Shown one piece after another: positions 47,872-57,845 of a stretch of DNA of 64,000 bases. Below the pieces are notes generated by a model, which did no database searches, had not been told where the DNA came from, and saw only the letters and a list, made by a program, of their open reading frames with translations. Origin of the DNA: Longimicrobiales bacterium (GTDB taxonomy: Bacteria; Gemmatimonadota; Gemmatimonadetes; Longimicrobiales; Gaopeijiaceae); contig OZ241869.1 in assembly GCA_965202805.1 (NCBI GenBank), positions 3,232,001-3,296,000 on the forward strand, written 5' to 3'. Both the position numbers and the translations under genes were made by a program. Position 1 is the stretch's first letter; every line of letters starts with the position of its first letter.

Positions 47872-48830
47872 GCGGCGGAGCGCGCACCTTCGTCATCTTC
47901 AACCCGGCTTCCGGGCACGGGCGGGGCGCGCGCCGGATCCCCCTCTACCGCGGGCTGCTCGACAAGCACTTCGATTCCTGGGAGTGGGCGTCGACCACGG
48001 CGCCGGGCGAGGAAGCCGAACTCGCGGGCCGGGCCATCGCCGGCGGAGCGAAGCTGATCGTGGCCGTGGGCGGCGACGGCACCTGGAGCCAGGTGGCCGA
48101 CCGGATGGTGGCATCCGGGCGCCCGGATGTGGTGCTGGGACTGCTGGCCTCGGGAACCGGCAACGACTTCGCCAGGAGCCTCGGGCTCAGCTACGGCGAC
48201 CCGGAGCAGGCGGTGGCGGCGCTGGCGGCGGGCCGGACCCGCCGCATCGATGTGGGGCGGGTGGTGTCGGAGTGGCGTCCGGCGCCCTACCCGGAGGTGG
48301 CATCCGACGCAGCCTGGCGCAATGCCCCGCGCCACTTCCTGAACCTGGTGGGTTTCGGCTTCGACATCGCCGTCATCGACGCCAGCCTGAGGGCGCGCTT
48401 CCTGCGGGGGGCGGTGCTGTACAAGCTCACGGCGCTGCAGCAGTTGTTCCTGTACCGGAGTCCGCGGCTGCGCCTGTCGGACGGCGGTGGATGGAGCACC
48501 GACGGGCGGCACCTCATCCTCACCATTTCGAACGGACGCATCTTCGGCGGCGGATTCCCGATCGCCCCGGATGCCGATCTGCAGGATGGGCGTCTGGACG
48601 CGTGCGCGATCGCCGATTCCTCGCCGCTGGGACGCGCGCGCCTGTTCAGCCTGGCGGAGAAGGGCCGCCACCTGGGCGCGAAGGAGGTCTCCATGCGCCA
48701 GGATCGCGCTTTTGCCGTGCGGTTCGACGAGCGAGTACGTTACGAGGTCGACGGCGACGTGCATCAGTCGCGCACGGGCGAGGTGCGCGTGGATGTCGTC
48801 CCCTCGGCGCTCTCGGTGATCGTGCCGTGA
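47823..48830 (+). CDS. Diacylglycerol/sphingosine kinase-family lipid kinase
   Basis: [29 protein letters not shown]...DG.LD and EVDGD motifs. True start may be CTG at 47868. Confidence 0.9.
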   Translation: MDDERGPGFRGAGAHLSGGARTFVIFNPASGHGRGARRIPLYRGLLDKHFDSWEWASTTAPGEEAELAGRAIAGGAKLIVAVGGDGTWSQVADRMVASGRPDVVLGLLASGTGNDFARSLGLSYGDPEQAVAALAAGRTRRIDVGRVVSEWRPAPYPEVASDAAWRNAPRHFLNLVGFGFDIAVIDASLRARFLRGAVLYKLTALQQLFLYRSPRLRLSDGGGWSTDGRHLILTISNGRIFGGGFPIAPDADLQDGRLDACAIADSSPLGRARLFSLAEKGRHLGAKEVSMRQDRAFAVRFDERVRYEVDGDVHQSRTGEVRVDVVPSALSVIVP

Positions 48831-48840
48831 AGGAGGCTGG

Positions 48841-51800
48841 ATGGATCGCCTTGCTGCCGCCCCGCCGCGTACCGCGCAGCCCATCCGGGTAGTCACGGCG
48901 GCGTCGCTCTTCGACGGACACGACGCTGCAATCAACGTGATGCGCCGGATCCTCCAGGATTCGGGCGCGGAAGTCATCCACCTGGGGCACAACCGCTCCG
49001 CCCTCGAGATCGTCGAGTGTGCGATCCAGGAGGACGCGCACGCCATCGCGATCAGCTCGTATCAGGGCGGGCACATGGAGTTCTTCACCTACGTGCGCGA
49101 CCTGCTGCGCGAGCGGGGCGCGGAGATCCGCATCTTCGGGGGCGGGGGCGGGACCATTCTGCCCGCGGAGGCCGAGGAGCTGCACCGGCGCGGCATCGAC
49201 CGGGTGTTCTCTCCCGACGACGGGCGGGCGATGGGCCTGCAGGGGATGATCGACGAAGTGCTGGAGGGTGCACGTCGCTCGGTCCGATCGTCGCTCGCGG
49301 ATCCGGAGGCCGAGGTTCGGGCGCTCCGCCAGGGAGACGCGGGAGCGGTGGCGCGCCTGATCTCGGCGGTCGAGAACGGCCACGCGGGCGCGGACGACGC
49401 GATGGAGGTCGTGGCGGAGATGGCGGCGGTCCGGCGGGTGCCGGTGCTGGGCATCACGGGCACGGGCGGCTCGGGCAAGTCGTCGCTGGTGGACGAGCTG
49501 GTGCGGCGCTATCTGTCCGGCACCGCCGACGGCCGGGTCGCGATCATCTCGGTGGATCCGTCCAGGCGCCGCACCGGGGGCGCGCTGCTGGGCGACCGCA
49601 TCCGCGTCAACGCCGCGAGCAGCCCCCGCGTCTACATGCGCTCGCTGGCCACCCGCGCCTCCACGGTCGGGCTGTCGCCGCACGCGCGCCAGGCAGTGGA
49701 GATCTGCAAGGCCGCCGGCCACGACCTGGTCATCATCGAGACGCCCGGGATCGGTCAGTTCGGCGCCGAGGTGGTGGGGCACTCGGATGTGTCGCTGTAC
49801 GTGATGACGGCCGAGTACGGCGCCGCCAGCCAGCTCGAGAAGATCGACATGCTGGACTACGCGGACGTGGTCGCCATCAACAAGTTCGACCGCCCGGGGG
49901 CGCTCGATGCGCTCCGCGACGTGCGCAAGCAGTACCGGCGCAACCACCGCCTGTGGAGCGTCCCCGACGAGGCGCTCCCGGTGTACGGGACCGTGGCTTC
50001 ACGCTTCAACGACGCGGGCGTCAACCGCCTGTACCTGGCGCTCCTCGACCAGTTGCGGCGCACGACCGGCGCGCCCCTCGCTACCGAAAGCGACCCGATC
50101 GACGACGACCGTGCCGAGCACACGCCGATTCCCCCGGAACGCACCCGCTACCTGGCGGAGATCGTGGAGGCGGGCCGCGACTACGACCGCGGCGCCGAGG
50201 AGCAGGCGGCCCTGGCCGGCCAGCTCTACCAGCTGCACGGAGCGATCCGACTGCTGCGGGAGGGGGAAGAGAGCGTCGGCATGGCGGCTCCGGCCTCGCC
50301 CCCGCGCGGCACCGCGGGCGAGGCCGCGCCCGCCGGCGCGCCCGCCACATCCGGCGGCCGGCCGGAAGAGATCGCACCCGAATTGCACGCCGCGGCCAGC
50401 GAGGGCGAACCGCTCGCCCGGCTGGTCGACCTCTACCGGCAGACGCGCGCGCGGCTCGACGAACGCAGCCTGGCCCTGCTCGAGGAATGGCCGGCCGTTA
50501 CGCGCCGCTACCGGGCCGACACCTACGCCTACCAGGTGCGTGGCCGCGAGGTGGAGCGGAACCTCTTCAGCGAATCGCTCGCGGGCTCGCGCATCCCGCG
50601 AGTGGTGCTGCCCCGCTTCAGGGACTGGGGCGAGGTGCTGCGCTGGCGCCTCACCGAGAACGTCCCCGGCGCGTTTCCCTACACTGCCGCGGTCTTCCCC
50701 CTGAGGCGGCTGGAGGAGCATCCGCAGCGCATGTTCGCGGGCGAGGGCGGCCCCGAGCGCACCAACCGGCGCTTCCACTTCCTCAGCCGGGCCAGCATGG
50801 CCAACCGCCTCTCGACCGCCTTCGACTCGGTGACGCTCTACGGCGAAGATCCGGACGAGCGCATGGACATCTACGGGAAGGTCGGCAACTCCGGTGTGAG
50901 CGTGGCCTCGGTCGACGACGCCAAGAAGCTCTACTCCGGCTTCAACCTGGCCGACCCGTCCACCAGCGTGTCGATGACCATCAACGGGCCCGCGCCCATG
51001 CTGCTCGGCTTCTTCCTGAACGCCGCCATCGACCAGCAGTGCGAGCTGCACATCCGCGAAAACGGGCTCGACGCCGAGGTCGAGGAGCGCATCGACGCGC
51101 TCTATCGCGAGCGCGGAATGGAGCGGCCCCGCTACCAGGGCGCGCTTCCGGAGGGGAACGACGGTCTCGGCCTGATGCTGCTCGGCGTGAGCGGCGACGA
51201 GGTAATCCCGCGCGAGGTCTACGAGCGCATCCGCCGCGAAACCCTGGCCGTGGTCAGAGGCACCGTGCAGGCCGACATCCTCAAGGAGGACCAGGCCCAG
51301 AACACCTGCATCTTCTCCATCGAGCTGGCGCTCCGCCTGATGGGGGACATCCAGCAGTACTTCATCGACGAAGGGGTGCGGAACTTCTATTCGGTGTCCA
51401 TCTCCGGATACCACATCGCGGAGGCCGGCGCCAACCCCGTCACCCAGCTCGCGCTCACGCTCGCCAACGGCTTCACCTACGTCGAGTACTACCGCTCGCG
51501 CGGGATGCGCGTCGACGACTTCGCGCCCAACCTGTCGTTCTTCTTCTCCAACGGCATGGACCCGGAATACGTGGTGCTGGGTCGGGTCGCGCGCCGCATC
51601 TGGGCGAAGGCGATGAGGCACGTATACGGCGCAAACGCCCGCTCGCAGAGGCTCAAGTACCACATCCAGACCTCGGGACGCAGCCTGCACGCGCAGGAGA
51701 TCGCCTTCAACGACATCCGCACCACGCTGCAGGCCCTCTACGCGCTGTGCGACAACTGCAACTCGCTGCACACCAACGCCTACGACGAGGCCATCACCAC

Positions 51801-52356
51801 CCCCACCGAGGAGAGCGTGCGCCGGGCCCTGGCGATTCAGCTGGTCATCAGCAGGGAGCTGGGGCTTTCGCGCAACGAGAACCCTCTGCAGGGCTCGTTC
51901 ATCATCGAGGAGCTGACGGACCTGGTGGAGGAAGCGGTGATGCGCGAATTCCTGCGGCTCTCGGAGCGCGGAGGCGTGCTCGGGGCCATGGAGCGCATGT
52001 ACCAGCGGGGCCGCATCCAGGACGAGTCGCTCGAGTACGAGTCGCGCAAGCACAGCGGGGAGCTGCCCATCGTGGGGGTGAACACCTTCCTGGGGCCGGA
52101 GGGATCGCCCACGCGGGTGCCCGAGGAGGTGATCCGCGCCAACCGCGAGGAGAAGGACTACGCCATCGCGTCGAACAGGGCATTCAGGGCGCGCAACCAG
52201 GGCCGCGCGGAAGCCGTGCTCGGGGAGCTGAGGCGGGTGGCGCTGGCAGGCGGCAACACCTTCGTCGCGCTCATGGAGGCGTGCAAGGTGTGCACGCTGG
52301 GGCAGATCACGTCGGTGCTCTACGAGGTGGGGGGGCAGTACCGGAGGAACATGTAG
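48841..52356 (+). CDS. icmF: Fused isobutyryl-CoA mutase/MeaB-like GTPase
   Basis: B12-binding [18 protein letters not shown] and NKFD GTPase motifs; mutase domain RMFAGEG, RLSTAFD, QADILKE and GGQYRRNM. Confidence 0.95.
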   Translation: MDRLAAAPPRTAQPIRVVTAASLFDGHDAAINVMRRILQDSGAEVIHLGHNRSALEIVECAIQEDAHAIAISSYQGGHMEFFTYVRDLLRERGAEIRIFGGGGGTILPAEAEELHRRGIDRVFSPDDGRAMGLQGMIDEVLEGARRSVRSSLADPEAEVRALRQGDAGAVARLISAVENGHAGADDAMEVVAEMAAVRRVPVLGITGTGGSGKSSLVDELVRRYLSGTADGRVAIISVDPSRRRTGGALLGDRIRVNAASSPRVYMRSLATRASTVGLSPHARQAVEICKAAGHDLVIIETPGIGQFGAEVVGHSDVSLYVMTAEYGAASQLEKIDMLDYADVVAINKFDRPGALDALRDVRKQYRRNHRLWSVPDEALPVYGTVASRFNDAGVNRLYLALLDQLRRTTGAPLATESDPIDDDRAEHTPIPPERTRYLAEIVEAGRDYDRGAEEQAALAGQLYQLHGAIRLLREGEESVGMAAPASPPRGTAGEAAPAGAPATSGGRPEEIAPELHAAASEGEPLARLVDLYRQTRARLDERSLALLEEWPAVTRRYRADTYAYQVRGREVERNLFSESLAGSRIPRVVLPRFRDWGEVLRWRLTENVPGAFPYTAAVFPLRRLEEHPQRMFAGEGGPERTNRRFHFLSRASMANRLSTAFDSVTLYGEDPDERMDIYGKVGNSGVSVASVDDAKKLYSGFNLADPSTSVSMTINGPAPMLLGFFLNAAIDQQCELHIRENGLDAEVEERIDALYRERGMERPRYQGALPEGNDGLGLMLLGVSGDEVIPREVYERIRRETLAVVRGTVQADILKEDQAQNTCIFSIELALRLMGDIQQYFIDEGVRNFYSVSISGYHIAEAGANPVTQLALTLANGFTYVEYYRSRGMRVDDFAPNLSFFFSNGMDPEYVVLGRVARRIWAKAMRHVYGANARSQRLKYHIQTSGRSLHAQEIAFNDIRTTLQALYALCDNCNSLHTNAYDEAITTPTEESVRRALAIQLVISRELGLSRNENPLQGSFIIEELTDLVEEAVMREFLRLSERGGVLGAMERMYQRGRIQDESLEYESRKHSGELPIVGVNTFLGPEGSPTRVPEEVIRANREEKDYAIASNRAFRARNQGRAEAVLGELRRVALAGGNTFVALMEACKVCTLGQITSVLYEVGGQYRRNM

Positions 52357-52384
52357 GGACCGTGCACGGACTCCCGGAATCCGC

Positions 52385-53215
52385 ATGAAGGTCTTCCTGA
52401 AACGTTTCGCGGGACGTTTCGCGCTCACCTTGACGCTGGTCGTTCTGGAGGCGGCCGGGTGGGTCCTCTTTCCGCTCGTCATCGGCCGCGCCATCGACAG
52501 CGTTCTCGCCAGTTCGGCCCGGGGACTTTACGAACTCGCGATCCTCGGCGTCGCCACCATGGGGATCGCAGTGGTCCGCCGCCTGGTGGACAGCCGGGCC
52601 TACGGGGGCATCTACGCCACGCTGGGCGAAGAGATGGTGGAGGCCGCCGAGGGCACCAGTACCTCGACCCGGACCGCGCGCCTGGGGATGCTCAGGGAGA
52701 TCGTGGAGTTCTTCGAGAATTCCATGCCCGGGCTCATCAACAGCATGCTCGGGTTGGTGGGCACCGTAGTGATCGTTGCGACTCTGAACTTTCGGGTCTT
52801 CCTGGGCTGTCTCGCGGCGGCCGCCGCAACCGTCACCCTCTACGCCCTCACCAGCAGGCTGACCACCCGGTACAACCAGGGGCTCAACGACGAGCACGAA
52901 CGGCAGGTTGACGCCGTCGGCAGCGGCGATCCCGCCCGGCTGGGCAGGCACCTGCGCGCCATGATGCGCTGGAACATCCGTCTCTCCGACCTGGAAGCGG
53001 CCAACTTCGGAATCAACTGGGTGTTCATGATCGCCCTGCTGGTCTTCGCGGTGAGCACCGCGGTGACGGAGGCGCCGGAGTACGGCGCGGTCTTCGCCCT
53101 CGTCATGTACGTGTTCCAGTTCATGGAATCCGTGATGATGCTGCCGCTCTTCTACCAGCAATGGCTGCGGCTTCGAGAGATCTCCGGGAGGCTGGCGAGC
53201 GCGGTTGGGTCGTAG
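52385..53215 (+). CDS. ABC transporter six-transmembrane-domain protein without a nucleotide-binding domain
   Basis: FPLVIGRAID...RRLVDSRAY...TARLGMLREIVEFFE...LNDEHERQV...RLSDLEA pattern; about six hydrophobic helices. Confidence 0.72.
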   Translation: MKVFLKRFAGRFALTLTLVVLEAAGWVLFPLVIGRAIDSVLASSARGLYELAILGVATMGIAVVRRLVDSRAYGGIYATLGEEMVEAAEGTSTSTRTARLGMLREIVEFFENSMPGLINSMLGLVGTVVIVATLNFRVFLGCLAAAAATVTLYALTSRLTTRYNQGLNDEHERQVDAVGSGDPARLGRHLRAMMRWNIRLSDLEAANFGINWVFMIALLVFAVSTAVTEAPEYGAVFALVMYVFQFMESVMMLPLFYQQWLRLREISGRLASAVGS

Positions 53216-53294
53216 GGGCCGGCTGCGGGTGGCGGGTACGCAACGCACCTAACTCGCTTTGTCTGCGGCCCCCGGTCAGGGCGGCGATTCGCCC

Positions 53295-53323
53295 TTTACG
53301 GAATCCGTAACACGGCGTAAATT
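53295..53323 (+). promoter_or_regulatory. higBA promoter with an overlapping operator palindrome
   Basis: TTTACG (53295-53300), 17 bp, TAAATT (53318-53323); palindrome TTACGGA-A-TCCGTAA at 53296-53310. Confidence 0.6.
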
Positions 53324-53331
53324 CGGGTCAC

Positions 53332-53610
53332 ATGATACGAAGCTTCAAGGACCGCAGAACGAGGCGTTTCTTCGAGGGGCAGCGTATCCCGGCGTTTCAC
53401 GGGTTCTCCGATCAGGCCGTACGGCGGCTGACTCTGCTGGACAGCGCGGAGACGCTGGGCGACCTTGCCGCGCTGCCGAGCAACCGGTTGGAGGTACTCC
53501 GGGGCGACCGTGTCGGGCAGCACAGCATTCGGATCAACACGCAGTGGCGTATCTGCTTCCGCTGGACCGACCAAGGGCCGAGCGAGGTCGAGATCGTGGA
53601 CTATCACTGA
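53332..53610 (+). CDS. higB: HigB (RelE-family, plasmid-killer type) toxin
   Basis: MIRSFKD...PSNRLEVLRGDRVGQHSIRINTQWRICFRW...VEIVDYH. Confidence 0.93.
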   Translation: MIRSFKDRRTRRFFEGQRIPAFHGFSDQAVRRLTLLDSAETLGDLAALPSNRLEVLRGDRVGQHSIRINTQWRICFRWTDQGPSEVEIVDYH

Positions 53611-53621
53611 GGGAGCTTGGC

Positions 53622-53927
53622 ATGAATGCGAAGAACGGCATGAGGCCGGTGCATCCGGGCGAAATCCTGCGTGAGGAACTCCACGAACTCGGATTGTCGG
53701 CCAATGCGTTGTCGAAGGCGCTTGGTGTGCCGGTCAACCGGGTGACGATGATTCTGAACGGCCAGCGGGGCGTGACCGCCGACACGGCGTTGCGGCTGGC
53801 GAGGTATTTCGGGACGACTCCGCAACTCTGGTTGAATCTGCAGAAAACCTGGGAGCTTCGCCGAACGGAGATCGAGGCGGGTCACAAGATCGCCGAGCAG
53901 GTCACGCCCCGGCACGCGGTCGTCTAG
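53622..53927 (+). CDS. higA: HigA antitoxin (XRE HTH)
   Basis: PVHPGEIL...VTADTALRLARYFGTTPQLWLNLQ. Confidence 0.93.
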   Translation: MNAKNGMRPVHPGEILREELHELGLSANALSKALGVPVNRVTMILNGQRGVTADTALRLARYFGTTPQLWLNLQKTWELRRTEIEAGHKIAEQVTPRHAVV

Positions 53928-56900
53928 ATGAGACCAGCCGATCGGCTAATGGCCACAACAACTTACGGGATGGCATCCGCGGTCGTCCTGAGCGCCGCCC
54001 TGACCGCCGCCTCGTGCGCGCCTCCCGGGCCCCGCGCCCGGATCTCCGAGGAGGTGCGCGTCCTCGACACCTATCCGTTCTCCGACCCGAATCCCGTGCC
54101 GGTGCTCGCCACGGACCGCAGGCTGTACCCGTACCACACGTTCGAGGGATACGCCGCGACATCTGAGCCGAGGGAATGGAGGGTCGTGCGCATGGAGAAC
54201 GATCTCGTCGAGGTCTTCGTCCTTCCCGAAGTGGGCGGCAAGGTGTGGGGCGCGGTGGTGAAGGCGACCGGCCACGAATTCATCTACCGGAACGAAGTCA
54301 TGAAATTCCGGGACATCGCCTTGCGCGGGCCGTGGACCTCGGGCGGGATCGAATTCAACTTCGGCGTGATCGGGCACACGCCGGCCACCGCCACCCCCGT
54401 CGACTACGACCTGCGGGAGAACGCGGACGGCAGCGTGAGCGCCATCGTTGGCGCCATGGACCTGCCGTCGCGCACCCCGTGGCGCGTCGAGATCCGCCTG
54501 CCCCCGGATCGGGCCGCCTTCGAGACGCGCGTGCTGTGGCATAATCCGACCTCGCTGGAGCAGCCCTACTACAACTGGATGACGGCGGCGGCCTTCGCGC
54601 AGGACGACCTGGAGTTGTTCGTGCCCGGCAACGCCTACCTGGAGCACTCCGGGCGGGTGCGTCCCTGGCCCGCGGACGAGGATGGGCGCTTCCTGCCTCT
54701 CTACCGCAACAACGCGTTCGGGGGAAGCAAGTCGTACCACGTGGTGGGCGCGCTGAACGACTTCTTCGGCGGCTACTATCACGACGATGGCTACGGCTGG
54801 GGACACTGGGCGCCGCATGAAGAGATGCCCGGGCGCAAGATGTGGCTCTGGGCGCTGTCGCGCGAAGGCGGGATCTGGGAGGACCTCCTCACCGACACGG
54901 ACGGACAGTACGTCGAGTTCCAGGCGGGCCGGCTGCACGTGCAGTACCAGCCGGGGGCGGATCGCAACCCCATCTCGCAGGCCGGGTTCGAGCCGCTCTC
55001 GGCCAGCCGCTGGACCGAGGTATGGTTTCCGCTGGAGGGGACGGGGGGTCTCACGGATGCTTCGCCGCTCGGCGCCCTGCACGTCGAGCAGGAGGATGGC
55101 CGCCTTCGGGTGGTCGTGCAGGCGTTCGGGGCCGCTGCCGACACCGTGAAGGCATGGTCCGGCGGTGAGCAGGTCGCGGCGCGCGCGGTGGCGCTCGAGC
55201 CCCTCCAGCCGGTAGTGGTCGAGTTCGACGTCGCGCCCGATGGCCCGTGGCGGGTTTCGCTGCCCGGACTGGGTCTGGAGGGATGCTCGAATCCGGGCGA
55301 GGCCGGTCTCGGTGGTATTTGCGGACTTGATGGCGACCGCGCGGTGTCCCGGCCGTTTGCGACGAACGCCGAGGCGTGGGATGCCCTCCCGGAAGCGGGT
55401 CGCCTCGTGTTCGAGGCACGGGAGCTGGCGCGTGGCCGCCGCTACCCTGAAGCGCGGGCGCTCTACGAACGGGCGCTCGCAACCGAACCGTGGAACCGGG
55501 AGGCGCTGCTGGGCCTCGGCGCGCTGGCTCTGAGGTCGGCCCGCTACGAGGAGGGCCTCGTGCACGCGCGGCGTGCGCTCCAGCTCGACACGTATGATCC
55601 GGAGGCCAACTTCCTCGCCGGCAACCTGTACCGCGCCCTGGGGCGCCGCGCCGACGCGTACGATTCGTTCGGATGGGCTGCCCGCTCGGTGGCCTTCCGG
55701 GCCGCGTCGCGGATTCGGCTGGCGGAGATGGCGCTCGACGGCGGGGACCTGGCCGAGGCACGCCGCCACGCCGCGCTGGCGCTAGAACACGATCAGGCAA
55801 GCATTCCGGCGCGGGAGGTGCTGGCGATCGCGTCGCGTCTGGCGGGGGACGGGATCGGGGCGGCGCGCGTGCTCGCGGAGTTGCTCGAGTTCGATCCGCT
55901 CAACCATTTCTTCCTGGCCGAACGGTACCTCGCGGCGCGTGACGACCGATACGGAGAGTCCGCGGACGGGGCCGCCGCCCGCCTCGCGGCATCGATGCGG
56001 AGCGAGTATCCGGAGCAGACGCTGCTGGAACTCGCCGTGGGCTACGCGAACCGCGGGCTGCCGGACGATGCTGCGCACCTGCTGGAGCTGGCGGACGAGG
56101 TCGGCGGCGGCCCGGTGGCCATGGCGTGGCGCGCCTTCCTGGCTGACGATGCCGGCATGCTGGGCGCGGGGGTCGATCCGGCTTTCGCCTTCCCCCACCG
56201 GCCCGAGACCTTGCCGGTCCTGCGCTGGGCGGCTGCCGAAGACCCGCACTGGGCCTGGCGCTATCTGCTGGGCCTGAACCTGTGGGCGCTCGACCGCGAC
56301 GCCGAAGCGGCGGACGTGCTGGCAGCCCTCGGCGACGAACCCGACTACGGACCCGCATACGCGGCGCGCGCGCACCTGGCGGAGGCGATGGGCGGCGACC
56401 CGGGGCCGGACTTCCGGCGCGCGGTGGCCGTGGATCCCGGCAGCCGCCTCCTGCACGTCGCCCTCGTCCGGCACCTGCAGGAAGCGGGACACCGGGCGGA
56501 GGCGCTGGACGCGTCCGGTCGAGGCCGGGAACTCTTCCCGGACGACTTCAACCTCGACCTCCTCCATGTGCGCGGGCTCCTCCAGGCGGGCGACCACGGC
56601 GAGGCGATCCGGATTCTGGCGGACACGCATGTCCTTCCCTCGGAGAACGCCCGCGAGAGCCATCGCCTGTACGAGTTCGCGCACGTCGGGGCCGCGCTGG
56701 ACGCACTCGATGCCGGGAATCGCGAGGCCGCCCGCGGCCACCTCGAAACCGCGCTCGAGTGGCCGGAATCGCTCGGTCAGGGCAGACCCTTCGACCCGGA
56801 CGAGCGGCTGGTGCGGTTCCTGCTCGGGGTTGTTGGGGAGGGAGCCGGCGGTGGGCCCGACGCCGAGCCCGTCAGCGCCGAAGCGGTCGCCTCACTGCGC

Positions 56901-57008
56901 GCCCGCGCCGATTCGCTCGCCGGCGCGGCGTCTCCCATTGAAGGGATCGAGCAGGCCCTCATCCGGCGGGCGCTTGCTGCGGCGGCGCGGCGTCTCGCTG
57001 GCGGTTAA
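53928..57008 (+). CDS. DUF5107 domain + TPR repeat protein, probable lipoprotein
   Basis: YPY...ENDLVEVFVLPEVGGK...IYRNEVMK...SGGIEFNF N-terminal domain, then many TPR-like helices; TAASC lipobox-like sequence. Start may be 53949 or 53970. Confidence 0.82.
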   Translation: MRPADRLMATTTYGMASAVVLSAALTAASCAPPGPRARISEEVRVLDTYPFSDPNPVPVLATDRRLYPYHTFEGYAATSEPREWRVVRMENDLVEVFVLPEVGGKVWGAVVKATGHEFIYRNEVMKFRDIALRGPWTSGGIEFNFGVIGHTPATATPVDYDLRENADGSVSAIVGAMDLPSRTPWRVEIRLPPDRAAFETRVLWHNPTSLEQPYYNWMTAAAFAQDDLELFVPGNAYLEHSGRVRPWPADEDGRFLPLYRNNAFGGSKSYHVVGALNDFFGGYYHDDGYGWGHWAPHEEMPGRKMWLWALSREGGIWEDLLTDTDGQYVEFQAGRLHVQYQPGADRNPISQAGFEPLSASRWTEVWFPLEGTGGLTDASPLGALHVEQEDGRLRVVVQAFGAAADTVKAWSGGEQVAARAVALEPLQPVVVEFDVAPDGPWRVSLPGLGLEGCSNPGEAGLGGICGLDGDRAVSRPFATNAEAWDALPEAGRLVFEARELARGRRYPEARALYERALATEPWNREALLGLGALALRSARYEEGLVHARRALQLDTYDPEANFLAGNLYRALGRRADAYDSFGWAARSVAFRAASRIRLAEMALDGGDLAEARRHAALALEHDQASIPAREVLAIASRLAGDGIGAARVLAELLEFDPLNHFFLAERYLAARDDRYGESADGAAARLAASMRSEYPEQTLLELAVGYANRGLPDDAAHLLELADEVGGGPVAMAWRAFLADDAGMLGAGVDPAFAFPHRPETLPVLRWAAAEDPHWAWRYLLGLNLWALDRDAEAADVLAALGDEPDYGPAYAARAHLAEAMGGDPGPDFRRAVAVDPGSRLLHVALVRHLQEAGHRAEALDASGRGRELFPDDFNLDLLHVRGLLQAGDHGEAIRILADTHVLPSENARESHRLYEFAHVGAALDALDAGNREAARGHLETALEWPESLGQGRPFDPDERLVRFLLGVVGEGAGGGPDAEPVSAEAVASLRARADSLAGAASPIEGIEQALIRRALAAAARRLAGG

Positions 57009-57088
57009 TGCTGGGGGAATAGAGGCGGACAGGGAGTCGCATGGCGTCGATCGCCAAGGCCGAAACGAATGACTGATGAGGACTCGAA

Positions 57089-57691
57089 GTGAGCGCGCAC
57101 ACACCCGAAGCCCGGTCTTCCACAGCCCTCAGGATCGACCCCGTCTCCGCCGGGGAAGGCATGGGCCGCATAGGAATCACGCTTTGCCCGGGCAAGACCG
57201 ACCGACGCGGAATGACCCGGGCGTGGAAGCGCGACCTGGAGGAGGATCTCGAAGTGATCCACCGCTGGGGGACATCGGCCGTTGTCACCTTGATCACGCA
57301 GAAGGAGATGGAGGACCTCAAGGTGCCGGGTCTCGGTGAGGGCGTTCGCAGCAAAGGGATGGAGTGGTGGCACCTTCCCATTCCGGACGGCCATGTGCCG
57401 GATGAAGACTTCGAAGCGCGGTGGGTGAAGGCGGGGAGGGCGATCCGGAGGCACCTGCGGTGCGGCTGCGATGTCCTGGTTCACTGCAAGGGTGGGCTGG
57501 GTCGGGCGGGGACCATTGCCGCGCGGCTCATGGTGGAACTCGGCACGCCGCCTGAGGATGCCATCAGGCTCGTGCGCGATGCGCGGTCTTGCAAGGCTAT
57601 CGAGACGCCGGAGCAGAAAGCGCACGTAATGGATTGCCGGACGCTGGAAGCTGACTGCGCGGACGCCGCGGCAGACCGCGGTTCAGTGTAG
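57089..57691 (+). CDS. CDKN3-like dual-specificity/tyrosine phosphatase family protein
   Basis: HCKGGLGRAG CX5R loop; HLPIPDG; AIETPEQ. Confidence 0.88.
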   Translation: MSAHTPEARSSTALRIDPVSAGEGMGRIGITLCPGKTDRRGMTRAWKRDLEEDLEVIHRWGTSAVVTLITQKEMEDLKVPGLGEGVRSKGMEWWHLPIPDGHVPDEDFEARWVKAGRAIRRHLRCGCDVLVHCKGGLGRAGTIAARLMVELGTPPEDAIRLVRDARSCKAIETPEQKAHVMDCRTLEADCADAAADRGSV

Positions 57692-57731
57692 CAATCCGGT
57701 CCACACCCTCGAGGACGGATTGCGTCCAAGG

Positions 57732-57823
57732 CTGGCTTCGTTGCGAAACCACGGTTGATGCGGTTGCAAACACACGGTCAAAAGAATTGCAAAAACACGA
57801 CTGGATTCGTTGCAAAACCACGA
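57732..57823 (+). repeat. Four direct repeats with an exact 23-bp period, core TTGCAAAAMCACG
   Basis: Cores start at 57741, 57764, 57787 and 57810. Confidence 0.85.
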
Positions 57824-57838
57824 GCGCTCTGCCATACT
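57810..57838 (+). promoter_or_regulatory. Sigma70-like promoter for a probably leaderless transcript
   Basis: TTGCAA (57810-57815), 17 bp, CATACT (57833-57838) preceded by TGn; ATG at 57846 has no Shine-Dalgarno. Confidence 0.55.
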
Positions 57839-57845
57839 TCCAATC

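Noticed and set aside
57732..57823. Mini-CRISPR interpretation of the 23-bp array
   Set aside because: Cores of about 13 bp and spacers of about 10 bp are far too short, and no cas genes are present.
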